Shown here: positions 48,150-61,089 of the stretch, in pieces
Layout of the letters: each line of letters starts with the position of its first letter
How positions within the stretch are numbered: the first letter of the stretch is position 1
Assembly: GCF_006345805.1 (NCBI RefSeq)
Contig: NC_043012.1
Location: 57,474,001-57,538,000, forward strand
DNA: 64,000 bases
Direction of reading: 5' to 3'
Source of the DNA: Octopus sinensis
Taxonomy: Eukaryota
Program-made: the position numbers and the translations under genes
Notes under the pieces: model-generated
The model's input: only the letters and a program-made list of their open reading frames with translations
What the model was told of the DNA's origin: nothing
The model's database searches: none

Positions 48150-48765
48150 CTTTTCTTTTTTTACTTGTTTCTGTCATTTTGACTGCGGCCATGCTGGTGC
48201 ACCGCCTTTAATCGAAGAAATTGACCCCAGGACTTATTCTTTGTAAGCCTACTACTTATTCTATCACTCTCTTTTACCGAACCGCTAAGTTACGGGGACG
48301 TAAACACACCAGCATTGGTTGTCAAGTGATGTTGGGGAACAAACACAGATATACAAACGCACACATACATATGTAGGAGTGTCTGTGTGGTAAGTAGCTT
48401 GCTTACCAACCACATGGTTCTGGGTTCAATCCCACTGTGTGGCACCTTGGGCAAGTGTCTTCTACTATAGCCTCAGGCTGACCAAAGCCTTGTGAATGGA
48501 TTTGGTAGACGGAAACTGAAAGAAACCCGTCGTATATATTTATATATATATATGTATGTGTGCGTTTGTATATCTGTGTTTGTTCCCCAACATCACTTGA
48601 CAACCGATGCTGGTGTGTTTACGTCCCCGTAACTTAGCGGTTCGGTAAAAGAGAGTGATAGAATAAGTACTAGGCTTACAAAGAATAAGTCCTGGGGTCA
48701 ATTTCTTCGATTAAAGGCGGTGCTCCAGCATGGCAACAGTCAAATGACTGAAACAAGTAAAAGAG
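48150..48765. mobile_element. Family A SINE (+, 48372-48765) preceded by an inverted copy of its own 3' half (48150-48370)
   Basis: The arms are reverse complements over about 210 bp and share private variants. Confidence 0.85.
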
Positions 48766-48907
48766 TAGATGATATTAGAACATCTTTGATCAAGGTCTGT
48801 CAACATATGACGGGGTTGATCTCTACTCAACTACTACAACAAGCTGTAGTATTGTTAGTAGTGTTAGTGGTGTTAGTGATATTACAGGTTGCAAGGTGTT
48901 GCCAGGT

Positions 48908-49098
48908 CACTTGGATTGGCCAGGCTGTCCTGTTGCTGAGTTGACTCTGCCGGCCACAGCATTTGCCCCATTCCCATCATGCTCTCGCCATTCTCCCCTC
49001 CATGTTGTTTCAAATATCTTTCTTCAATCATCTTCCCACCTGATTGGGGATCCTCTGAGTGGTCTCTTCCGCTCACACGATGGTACCACTCCACAACT
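48908..49098 (-). mobile_element. Short 5'-truncated RTE-like 3' end (different family) with 13-bp TSD
   Basis: Direct repeat ggtgttgccaggt at 48895-48907 and 49099-49111; minus-strand 'RKRPLRGSPIRWEDD' resembles the RTE C-terminal KRPRGRP..RW motif. Confidence 0.6.
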
Positions 49099-49135
49099 GG
49101 TGTTGCCAGGTGTTGCAAGTAAAAGCAGTTGGACA

Positions 49136-49638
49136 TCTATATATATAAACCTGTAGTTGTGTGAGTGTCTGTCCCCTTCGATTTAGATTCCTAACTACTC
49201 CCACATTTTGCGGTGCAGTTTAACCAAATTCGGGTATCTTATAGTCGTGATTCATATCAAGCCCGTCTGGGTATTAGCGCGCGTCTACGATTTAAAAAAT
49301 AATTTAACATCATTTTTTTATTCCATTTTAATGCATAATTTTTCGTGTGTCGATGGCGGCGGAGTTGGTGTCCATGGTCACATCTGCACCTGTTTGCTTC
49401 TCCCCCTTCTTCCCTCCCTCGTGAAGCTGTGGGGAAGGGAGTGTAAGGAAATCAACGTCGTAAAGCGTTGTCAAGGAGACCAGCGTTCTTTTAGAACAAC
49501 GACTTCATGGCTTGAAGACACCAAAACAGAAATGGCGAAGAAAGCCCGAATTGGCATCTATAAGGGAAGTAACTCTCTAAAAATGCTTATATAGTTATTT
49601 CCCTTACAAACCCGAGCAACGCCGGGCGATACTGCTAG
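49136..49638 (+). mobile_element. Non-autonomous Helitron (same family as 43058-43571)
   Basis: A|TCTATATATATAAA...cccgagcaacgccggg-cgatactg-CTAG|T: canonical 5' TC, 3' hairpin plus CTAG, AT target, no TSD. Confidence 0.92.
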
Positions 49639-50963
49639 TCATATATATATTTACACTTTGCAATATTTAACATGAACTAAGTGCTACAAATGTACACATT
49701 GTATTAAACAGCAATTGGCAGTTATATTGACATTCTTATTATATTTAATAGGAGCTAAGATATTACAAACTCATACCTTATTGCATTTTAATAGAAGGAC
49801 ATTGTTAATTTACACATCGTTGTATCTAACAGGAGTTTGTTATATATAAATCTACACCATGTTATATTACACCTCATGAATTATTGATTTAGTATCAATA
49901 TCTGTTCAAAGAGAACGATGATACTTTTTTTTTTTTATCCTTTTCCAATATTCCTCTTTCCTTCCATCTCTCAGGATTTTATTTTGTATTAGATTTGTTA
50001 CATTTAAACCCAGCATTGTTCTTTTATCTGTTATCTTTCATTATCTCATGGCAAGATTGTTCTAATAGCTGCTACTGCTGTCTGTTATCTGAATATCACA
50101 CCTTTGTATAATTGTTATTAATGTTTCTTTTAGCTGTGTTATCTCCTGTATCTTTTACATTTTTCTCTGTTATCTCTTTTTTTTTTATTATCACAATTAC
50201 TTCATTGTTCTTATAACTACTATCTGTTATCTCCACATCAGCCCTTTATGTAACTGTTATCGATGTTTCTGTTATTTTATCTCCTCCTACCTATGGTTTC
50301 ATCAATGCAATAACTGTTCTCTATTATCATTTTATCTCTTCATTCATTCAAACAGATATTTTCTTTGCTGTTGTTCTTTTAGTCTAAATTATACCATTTT
50401 AAACATAATTTTGATTGGCTCACTTCACCCATTATATATATATATGTAATAATACTTGGAATTGTCCTTGCATTGGATTTTGAGCCTACTGACCATAGAC
50501 TGCATGCCAGAGTCTACTCTTGTGTGATATGTAAACACTGAGTATGTTTAGTCTATAGTTTTGGATATACACTAACAACCATGCAGTGGTGAGTTCAATT
50601 CTCGGACCAGGCTGTGTATTGAGTTCTTGAGCAAGATGCTTTATTTTCACATTGCTGCAGTTCACTCACCTGTAGAAATGAGTTACAACATCACTGGTGC
50701 CAAGCTGTATCGGCCTTTGCCTTTCCCTTGGATAATACCGATGGCATGGAGAGGGGAGGCTGGTATACATGGGTGACTGCTGACCATGTATACGTACATA
50801 CATAAACAACCATTCTTGGACTTGTGCCAGGGAGGGTAACTCATGACCGAAGATGGTCTTTACGCTGTGGATCTATGTGTAACCGGAAGGACAAATCTGT
50901 ATATACTCTAGCAAATACATGAGTATCCATATACATTGTTGATACACAGGTAAGCTGTTGTTG

Positions 50964-51460
50964 TTGTTGTTGTTCTTTTTTTCCAATCAGGACTCACACT
51001 ATTAGTCACAAAGAATAATCTCTAATTCGAGCCTACTCTAAGCTACTAAGAATGCGTGTGGCAACTTGAAGATCCACCCACCACACGCGATAGACGAGTG
51101 GTTGCACGGGCACAAAAGCTATGTTATCCGCATTCTGTAAACGGTGGATTTTAACGGGTGGAGAACTGAACCATCCTGGGGTACAGAGGATTCACAATCT
51201 AGACTAGGGTCTGAAAGTTTTACCTCACCATAGTGGGTTACACCATGGTTCCCCTGCTTTGTGGCAGATGTCTGAAGAAAGTGTGAGTGAAAGTTGTGGT
51301 GAAAGAGTACAGCCGAGTTCACCATCACTCCCTGCCAGAGCTTTGTGGAGCTTAGGTGATTTTACTCAATAAACACTCACAATGCCCGGTCTGGGAATTG
51401 AAACTGCGTTCTTATGACTGCGAGTCCGCTGCCCTAACCACTGGGCCATTGCGCCTCCAT
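50964..51460 (-). mobile_element. SINE with family C head and an alternative ~320-bp tail ending (AAC)n
   Basis: 14-bp TSD gtaagctgttgttg at 50950-50963 and 51461-51474; the head matches 7827-7990. Confidence 0.85.
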
Positions 51461-51539
51461 GTAAGCTGTTGTTGACTCTACCTTGGTGTCCTTATTATTA
51501 GAATACCTTGATTCCATTGGATCCTGCAAATAATTATAT

Positions 51540-52190
51540 CATTATCATCATCATAATTATTAAGTGGCTGCTTTCCATGCTGGCACGGGTTGAACAGTTT
51601 GACTGGATCTGACAAGTATCAGAACTGCACCAGGTTCCAATGTGATCTGGCTTGGCTTCTATCACTAGATGCCATTCGTAACATCAACCACTCCAAGAGT
51701 GTAATGGGTACCTTTTATGTATCACTGGCATGGGTGCTTTTATGTGCCACTGGTTTGGATACCAGTTATGTGACACCAGCATGGATGCCAGTTACATAAT
51801 ACTGACATCGATGCCAATTATGTGACAACAGCATTAGCCATAACTATGATTTCACTTTGGCTTGAGTTTTCTCAAGCACAGCGTATCGTCAAAAGTCTCG
51901 GTCACTTCTCATCGCCTCCATGAGGCCAAACACTGAAAATCATGCTTCACCACCTTGTCCCATGTCTTCATGAGTCTACCTCTTCCACAGGTTCCATCCA
52001 CAGTTAGGGACCAGCACTGCTTTACACAGTTGTCTTTGTCCATACACATTACATGACCATACCAGCACAGTTGTTTCTCTTGCACACTACATCTGATGCC
52101 TCTTATGCCCATCTCTCAAAACGCTTACATACATGCACACTGACATTGCACATCCAGTGAAGAATACTACCTTCATTTCTCTCAAGCCTA
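51540..52190 (-). mobile_element. Older 5'-truncated RTE copy (C-terminal coding plus 3' UTR)
   Basis: 'GIRCSVQEKQLCWYGHVMCMDKDNCVKQCWSLTVDGTCGRGRLMKTWDKVVKHD' aligns with the 29075-29455 peptide. Confidence 0.88.
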
Positions 52191-52385
52191 TATATATATA
52201 AATAGGCGCAGGTGTAGCTGTATGGTAAGAAACTAACTACCCAACCACTTGGTGAGTTCAGTCCCACTGCGTTGCACCTTCGGCAAGTGCCTTCTACTGT
52301 AGCCTCAGGCTGACTAAAGACTTGTGAGTGGATTTTGTAATGAAAACTGAAATCAGCCTGTTGTGTGTATATATATATATATGTA

Positions 52386-52424
<39 letters not shown>

Positions 52425-52425
<1 letters not shown>

Positions 52426-52697
52426 CAGTTCTATATTTAAGAGATGAGGAATTTTTATTATTTAAATTTGACAGATATTTGTCCCCATCTTGTTTGTTGT
52501 TAACACGTTTTGGCTGAAATACCCACCATCCTTCATCAGGTGTCTTGGGGAAATTTTGAACCTGGGTTCTCAATCCTAAGGTATTTTTCGATGTTGTTGT
52601 TGTCATTATTATTATTATTATTCAAGTCACTGCCTGGAATCGAACTCAAAATCTTGGGGTTAGTAGCTTGCGCTCTTAACCACTATGCGATATGCCC
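52425..52697 (-). mobile_element. Family E monomer inserted at the (TA)n of a family A SINE (52204-52850, +)
   Basis: Colinear with 47186-47450 from the gggcatat head to the 'cctcatctcttaaatatagaactgta' end. Confidence 0.85.
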
Positions 52698-53288
52698 ACG
52701 ATACGTTTATATCCCCATAACTTAGTGGTTTGGCAAAAGAATCTGATAGAATAAGTCTAGGCTTTAAAATATGTCTTGGTGTCAATTTGTTTGACTAAAA
52801 TCCTTCAAGGCTGTACCCCTGCATGGTCACAATCAAATGATTGAAACAAGTAATACTTATATGTATACGCACATGCTGGATTTACCTTGTACTTGTATGT
52901 TTAATCTAGGCATACCTGTTGATGAAGACTTCTCCTAGCAAATCATATATATATGTCCTCACCTTCGAAACACGCTGGAGTTGAACTAGGGACAGCTGAT
53001 GAAGGGGGTTTTTCCTTGTGTAGTTTGTCTTGTACTCTGTTTTGCGTTGTAAAAAAATGTCTGTTCCATGCTTGTTTTTACGTTTTCATTTCTCGTTGAG
53101 TTCTACGTCTATTTGTGGTATCCTGTACTCATGTATATATATTTATATATGCATGTGTATATACATGTAGATGTAGGTACGTACATATATGTATGTATGT
53201 ATGCATGCATATATTTTATTTATTACACTATCGTATGACTGAGCGCCCTCGCGTCGATTCGATTCGTTTCGTTTCTTCTCCAAGTACT

Positions 53289-53334
<46 letters not shown>

Positions 53335-53635
53335 GCATATATACGCTTATATGTATATGCATACTAATACATTTGTTTGTTTGTACTCCACCTGCCTTCG
53401 TCTTTTGTTTATTTTCTTAAACTTTCCCGTTATATATATGCATATATATATTTGACAGGCTTCTTTCAGTTTCTGTCTATCAAATCCACTCACAAGAATT
53501 TGGTTGGCCCAACGCTATAGTAGAAGACACTTGCCTAAAGTGCCACACTGTGGGACTGAACCTGCAATGATGGGGTTCAGAAGCAAGCTGCTTACCACAC
53601 AACCATGTCACACACACACATGCAAATATGTTTAT

Positions 53636-53666
<31 letters not shown>

Positions 53667-56559
53667 TGTATCTACACATTAACAGGTGTTAAGTATCACA
53701 AGTTTTTCACAATGTTGTTGTTTAATAGGAATTGACAGTCATGAGTTTACTCCTTGTCGTATTGAAGAGCTGGTCATTATAAAATTTCTTGTATTTACCA
53801 AGAGTTTCGATGTTTAAATGTCACTACAATACTCAGATTTATATTGAACAGCGTATTGGAGATTATATAAATCTACACCTTGTTATATTTCCCATAAAAT
53901 ATTGTTATAACATCAATATCTGTTCAATTGGTATGGTCATGTTTTTCTCTTCCTATAATTCTCTTTCCTCTCGTTCAAACTCTCAGTATTTTATTATTGC
54001 AATTGTTATCTTTAAACACTTCATAGTACTTTTATCTGTTATCTTTTCATCTCCTACGTCCAATGTTATTCTTACAGCTGCAGTCTGTTATCTACACATT
54101 AGTATCCTTTTATATCATTGTTAATGTTTTATCACATTTTACCTATAGTGTTATATCCCTTGCTATAAACTCCTTTGCTGTCATCCTTTAAACCTGGTTT
54201 CTTTTAAACATATTTTATGTATTGTTGTTCTCCCACACAAAGCTATATTTATTCAAGATTTCAAGGCATTTCACAAATGTACTGGAACACATTATTAGTG
54301 ATTTTCCTGGAAACCATAGAAGAATAATTCCAGTTACTTCAACATCAGATATCTTTGTCCAGTTGACTCAGCTAGGGTTGATATTCATGGCTTGAATCTC
54401 AGCACCAACAAGTCCAGTCATATACCCTCTTCTTTTTATCCAAAGACATATAATAGTTTTCTTTGTGGCTTCCATGTTGGAACATAGATGCAAATCCACT
54501 TCTGCTATAAAATTGATTCCAAGCACCAGCTGGAGTCTTGCTGAACAAACATCCAACAAACACCAGAAGCCCTCTTCAGTTGTCTTGCATCAAGCCTACC
54601 AGTGTCTGCTTCTGAACCAAACTGCTCTAACATTTCCTTCCTGGCATTTAGTAAGCTTCCTTCACATGGATCTTGTTCATATAATCTTCCCATGTAGGAG
54701 TCAGTCAGTTGACACATGATCCTGTGCTTGGGTTGGCTCTGAAACGATCATGTCTGATCAGAATGTCGTCTATATGATACTATCTAGGAACTTTTGATGT
54801 TTTGCAGAGTCCACTCTCATCTGCCTCTCTGGAGCTGTACAAAGGCTGGCTCGATCTTGTCTGCGACAGTGAATGAGGCATTTCTCCAGTTTTAAGAAAA
54901 TGAGTAACGTACCTTCTGGTTATGATATCTACTAGAATAAACATCTATGAAGATCACCTCTGTAATCACTTGGGGTATTTGTTCTTGGTGCCAATGGCAG
55001 CTGCTGAGGTGGTGCTGAAGCGATTCACTTCCAATACATAGAGCACAGGAAAGAGTTATACTCCTGCTTTATATACGAGTTTGGTAAGTTGGTGTCTTAG
55101 CCCAGTTCAAGAATCTGGTGCAATATATATTAGCCTACCATAAATGCAACCAAGTGTTCTTCTGTTGCATTAAATATTCCCTGTATATTGACTAAGAACT
55201 GCCATATTACTTTGTCTGCCGAGCATTCCAAGTCAACTGGATATAAAGACATATCAGAAGGCTGCGTGTTCGGATCACGTCTGGGTCACCAGTTTTTTAG
55301 TGCGTTCTTTTGGGTTACTTATCACCAAGCAGTTCTTAGTGAAGCTGTATAGGTGGGGAATGAAAGATGTCTACATTTTGGCTCTTTTCCTCATCTTCAG
55401 TTTCAAATTTCTCTGCAAAGTGTGTTATGAGTTTCTACCTCAAGTTGCTTCACAATTCAGCTAGTGACTGGTGTTCATCTTCATTGGTCCCTCACACTGC
55501 ATCTTGAAAGTTTTCAAGAACAATGACAAATCCTTTCATTGGTATGAGACGTTTTGGTGCAGCCGTTCTGGCGCCGCTTGTTTGGTTTTCACTGATTCGA
55601 CGCTGACTTATTTGACATCAGATATTTTAATGTTTCTCTCATTCTCCACCTATCTCCCTCCCTCCACCTTCTCCTTCTCTCCCTGTTTCAATGTGTGTGG
55701 GAATATTTCGCTTAATGTGTATGAACAGAGGGTAAGTGCTTGTCACTCATTCAATTAATAAATTGTAATGTCTCATTCTTTCTCTCTTTATGTTTTTTAA
55801 CATTTCTGTTTGTGTGTATGAGAAGAGTGTTTATGTCACCTGTGTTCAATTAAAAAATTGAGATGTCTCTCTTTTTTTCTTTCTCTCACTCACTCTATCT
55901 GTAAGTGTATATTTCCTCTTGTACGTTCGCCAAAAAGTACTGTCACCAAAAACAAGTTCCACGACCAATCAGCTGCAAAAGGGAATGGAGGCCCGTTCAT
56001 TTAACGAGCTGAAATTTGAACAACAAACCATGAGTTGGTTACACACTGGGAGAGAGTGTACAACCAGTTCGTTAACGTCCAGGTATGCAGTTCATGATTC
56101 TTGCAAAATTTCAAATTTTATATAGAAAATAAGTTATATTTTGCAAAAAAAAAACCCCAAAAAAAAACGTAATCATGGATTGACAGAAGCAAGCCAAAGG
56201 AAAAACGCATGCACGCCCTTCCTCTGGCACATACATATACTTATATATTTGTTATTGACGTATGAACAAATAAAACGTCATTTTATGTGGAGCCTGGGTG
56301 TGGCTTGCAATGGAAGTTAAAATGCAGTTTACCAATGTAAAAAGATGAAAGTAAGCTGTCCTGGGAAAATGCTGAAAAATGAAAATAACTTTGTGAAAGA
56401 AACCGGATGTGATGACACTGACTCAACGAACGTGTCTAACATATATATATATATTAAATATAACATGAAAAACGTACATATATTGTGTTCAAGATGAAAA
56501 TAATTGTATTTACGGGAAAGCATAACAGTCGCTGATGCACGAAATGAGATTCGTAAATA

Positions 56560-57081
56560 TTGGGTTGGTGCATAATTATTGAGGCTTTTTTTCAACAAAT
56601 TTTCTTCAACAAAAATTATAAAATACTAGCACTTTGTCCCGGCGTTGCCGGGTCATAGTGCTAGTGCATGCATATACAGCTGCGTGCGTGCGCACATACA
56701 CGCGAGTACTGTCCAAATCTCCGACCAATCACATACAGCTCGCTGGCATTCAATTGGCGTATCAAATTTCGGGCATTTTGATTGGGTTTTGGATAGAAAA
56801 TTCACGAAAAAGTCACTTCTATTGTAAAGACGTGCACGACCAACCTTGGGCGGTTTTGAATGACCATAGAAAGTGCGAGCCCTCTAACTGAAAAATTGTG
56901 GATTTGTATAAAGGATACACACGCAGACATTTTGCCGTATATATATATAGAGATAACCAATTACTGCTTCCCATTTGCTTCTCAGACGATCAGACCGCTA
57001 TTTAAAGATGTTTTTGTTAAATATTGTATTTGTCGAATAAAATTTATTGAAAAAAGCCGCAATAATTATGCACCAACCCAA
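56560..57081. mobile_element. Mariner-type MITE (Hsmar1/MADE1-like TIR) with TA TSD
   Basis: TA-ttgggttggtgcataattattgaggcttttt ... aaaaaagccgcaataattatgcaccaacccaa-TA. Confidence 0.9.
56626..56953 (-). mobile_element. Non-autonomous Helitron (second family) nested in the mariner MITE
   Basis: Minus strand: A|TCTCTATATA...cccggcaacgccggg...CTAG|T. Confidence 0.85.
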
Positions 57082-58679
57082 TAGTTTTTCATAATCTCTA
57101 AATTTGTTTTGCCGCACCACACATGCATAAAGATATGATGCAAATAAATCACCGCTGGTCCCACACTGCCGCCTAAGTTTCTTTGAGACGAACATCAATC
57201 GCGTTGCTTTATTTTATGTATGGATGCTATCATCGTTTGGATCAACAATATTGAGCATCTGGGTAACAGCTTTATAAGTACTAACGAGACCCGTGAATAT
57301 TTCACAGAATTAATGGTAAACCTATCGGGTTATTTCTTGAAAACTTTATCCAAAAAACCTGAAAGTGTAGCCTGTGTTGTGTCTGTAAGGACAGATAGTC
57401 GCTCATCTGCTACTCATTGAAAAATGAAAGAAATTGGAATACGATGATTACTTAATGCACTTTATATATACACTTTATATACTTTATGCACAATTTTATA
57501 GACTTAATACACAGCACTCATAAAGAGACCGATAGAATAAGTACTAGGCTTACAAAGAATGTCTTGTGGTCGATTTGCTCGACTAAAGGCGGTGCTCCAG
57601 TATGGCTACAGTCAAATGACTGAAACTAGTAAAAGAGTAAAAGCCGTGGTGTTGTAGTAGAGTTTTATGTGCTTGTGTCTGCATTTGTGACGGCGGCCAT
57701 GCTGGTGCACCACCTTTTAGTCGAATAAATCAACCCCAGGACTTATCGGTCTCTTTTGTCAAACCGCTTTTCACCAACACCGGTTGTCAACCGGTGATGG
57801 AGGAACAAACGCAGGACACACACACACACACGACGGGCTTCTTTCTGTTTCCGTCTACCAAATCCACTCACAAGGCTTTGGTTAGCCCGAGGTTACAGTA
57901 GAAGACACTTGCCCAAGATGCCACGCAGTGGTACTGAACCCAGAACCACATGGCTGGGAAGCAAGCTTCTTACCACACTGCCACGCCTGTATGTGGTTAT
58001 TTTGGTATAATTCATATATAATATTCTATACTTCACCTCTTCCATGTCTAATTCGTTGATAATGCCAGCTAACGGTACAAATCCTATATTCGTGTAAAGT
58101 TTTGTTCATATTATTATCATTGTTTTCCCAATCTAAATCTTCATCATGTCAGTATTTATCATCGCCTGCGCAGGATCACACGAACGGCTTTTAATAAACC
58201 GAAAAAGAAAATATTTTATATACAACCAAAAGAATGCTTTGTACATGTGAATAGGAACTGTGATGTTTGTCGTGAGATATAAACATTTCTCTAAGTGGTC
58301 TATTGACGATTTCTATTCTAAGAACCTTGAAGAATCTTTGGGTTATAAATTTACATTTTGTTATACTTAACAGAAGTTAGGTGTCAGTATTCGTTTAAAT
58401 GTTATCTTTTCATCTTAGCCTTGTACAATACAAAGCTTTTATTTATCCTGATCTTTCTTATTTCAGCTAATATAAATATACAGAAAGCTTTCCCTTTCAG
58501 TAAGCTTTCGCTTTACACATATACAAAAGCAAGATTACGGTGATCTTTCGCTTTAGGGATGAATAAATGTGAGAATGAAAATGAAATGAAAGAAAATGAA
58601 GCCAGGAATGTACAAAATGAATTTGGCTATCTTGACTCTTTCTCTGTGTGTGTGTCTATATATATATATATATATGTAT

Positions 58680-58755
<76 letters not shown>

Positions 58756-59718
58756 TATATATATATTATATGTATATATAAGTAATTGCAAATTGATCGC
58801 TGATTCGAAAAGTAAAGAAAAATCTTTGAAAGTTTACAGAGGAGAAATTTATAGATTTATGAATGAAATTGTGTGCAACTACAAATTAGTGGCCCGCCTG
58901 GCATGGTTTCCTCAAAAATTTCCGAAAAGTGTATATTTTTTAACGAAATTTTTGCAGAAATACGATTTTCAAGAATGTATGGATCTTTTTCAATTCTTTG
59001 TAACCACCAGGATTTTTTTTTCAAATTTTCACAATATTGTTTCAAATATTCTACTCTGACGTAGTATTTCTTGCTGATGACGAAGATTACATAATTTTCT
59101 TCATCTAGAAATTATTACAAATCTTAGAATTTATGTAATTTGTCGACACAACGGAAATCGCATTTGTATGTTTCCACGGGGACATCACCCACACATGCAA
59201 GGATGAAACGAAGTCAGTACTTTACGTGGCCTCTCGACAGACAAGAAACATCAGCCAAATGTTTCTTAAATTATACCAACTTGAAGGGTTTTAGTTGAAC
59301 AAATCGACTTATTTTTCAAAGTCTGGTACTTATCGATCTCTTGATGAACCGCTAAGTCGGTGTTTTGTTAACGGGGACACTAACAAACAGTTGTCAAACG
59401 GTGGGAAAGGACGCACGTATAATAAACACACAATATATATATGACCGGCTTCTTTCAGTTTCGGTCCACTAGATGTACTTATAAAGCATTAGTCGACTCG
59501 CGGCTATAGTAAAAGACATTTGGCTTAGGTGTCACGCAGTGGGATTGAACTGGAAACGTAGTGGTTGAGAAAAAAGCTTCTTACCACACAACCATTTTGA
59601 TACACATACATACACATTTCCTGTCCGTCTTTTTATCGTCTATCTGTCCGTATGTCTTTTTTGTCGTCTGTTACGGTCTTATTCCACTTTTGTATACACA
59701 CACACACAAATATATAAT

Positions 59719-59923
59719 AGGCGCAGGAGTGGCTGTGTGTTAAGTAGCTTGCTTACCAACCACATGGTTCTGGGTTCAATCCCACTGCGTGGTACCTTGG
59801 GCAAGTGTCTTCTGCTATAGCCTCGGGCCGACCAAAGCCTTGTGAGTGGATTTGGTAGACGGAAACTGAAAGAAGCCCGTCGTATATATATATATATATA
59901 TATATATAATGTGTGTGTGTTTG

Positions 59924-59957
<34 letters not shown>

Positions 59958-60182
59958 ATGTGTGTTTGTGTATGTTTGTGTGTCTGTGTTTGTCCCCCCA
60001 ACATCGCTTGACAACCGATGCTGGTGTGTTTACGTCCCCGTAACTTAGCGGTTCGGCAAATAAGACTGATAGAATAAGTACTAGGCTTACAAAGAATAAG
60101 TCTTGGGGTCGATTTGCTCGACTAAAGGCAGTACTCCAGTATGGCCGCAGTCAAATAACTCAAACAAGTAAAAGAGTAAAGA

Positions 60183-60183
<1 letters not shown>
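59719..60183 (+). mobile_element. SINE family A, full-length young copy
   Basis: Complete head-to-tail match with CpGs retained. Confidence 0.9.
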
Positions 60184-60217
<34 letters not shown>

Positions 60218-60829
60218 CATATATATACATATATATATATAGCGACGATGAGTTAGTTGGGAGGCAAGTACGTACAAGGAACGATATTTGATAAAGAGTG
60301 CAAAGAAACAACGATCGAAGGTGATGAAAAATAATTACTTTCCTTATATCATTAGATAATATTTATTTTAACTTGATTGCAAGCCTTATAAAAGAACAGG
60401 TGTTGAAGGAGCTGCAGGGCAAGAGCAATGCGGTTTCATTTCTTATTTCTTTTCAATATTCTTTCATTAATGCCTTTTAGAAAGAAATTAATGTAAACAT
60501 TTGTTCGTATTTACCGTCAGCTTCTAAAATATAAAACCTAAAGGTGTTTCGTTTCTTTAAAGTTTCACATTGAATGAATTAAAATAACTGATTCCGTCAT
60601 GCTGTGCTGGGAGCTCTAATCTGGCTGAGGTTTCTTGAGTTTGACATTTCATTCTTCGGTTTGTAAAGTAGTTTTTGGGAGCAGAAATACTGTATCAATC
60701 AAAAAGTTGGTTCGATATTATTGACCAATATATTTGATCCGTAAAACAGGTGACTTTGTGGGGGCGAACTTCGCGTAGATTCCCACCACAAGTCTATGTA
60801 ATTTCTGTAATTTTCTAAAGTATATAAAA

Positions 60830-60830
<1 letters not shown>

Positions 60831-60886
<56 letters not shown>

Positions 60887-61035
60887 AATGTGTGCATGTA
60901 TGTATATAAATATGTATGTATTTATGTATGAATATAGATATGCATGTATGGATATAGATGTGCCTGTCTCTCTCTCTATATATATATGTGTGTGTGTGTG
61001 TGTAGGTGTATATATATATATATGTGTGTGTGTAG

Positions 61036-61089
<54 letters not shown>

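Noticed and set aside
52960-53020. 'ttcgaaacacg' and 'ctgatgaagg...cct' as a hammerhead
   Set aside because: The halves do not assemble into one motif: no GAAA follows the putative stem II. It may be a truncated relic.
59071-59120. ttg-CTGATGA-cgaaga...tcttc-atcta-GAAA-ttatta-caa hammerhead-like motif
   Set aside because: Five extra bases before GAAA, no proper stem III, only a 3-bp stem I, and a single copy in AT-rich DNA.
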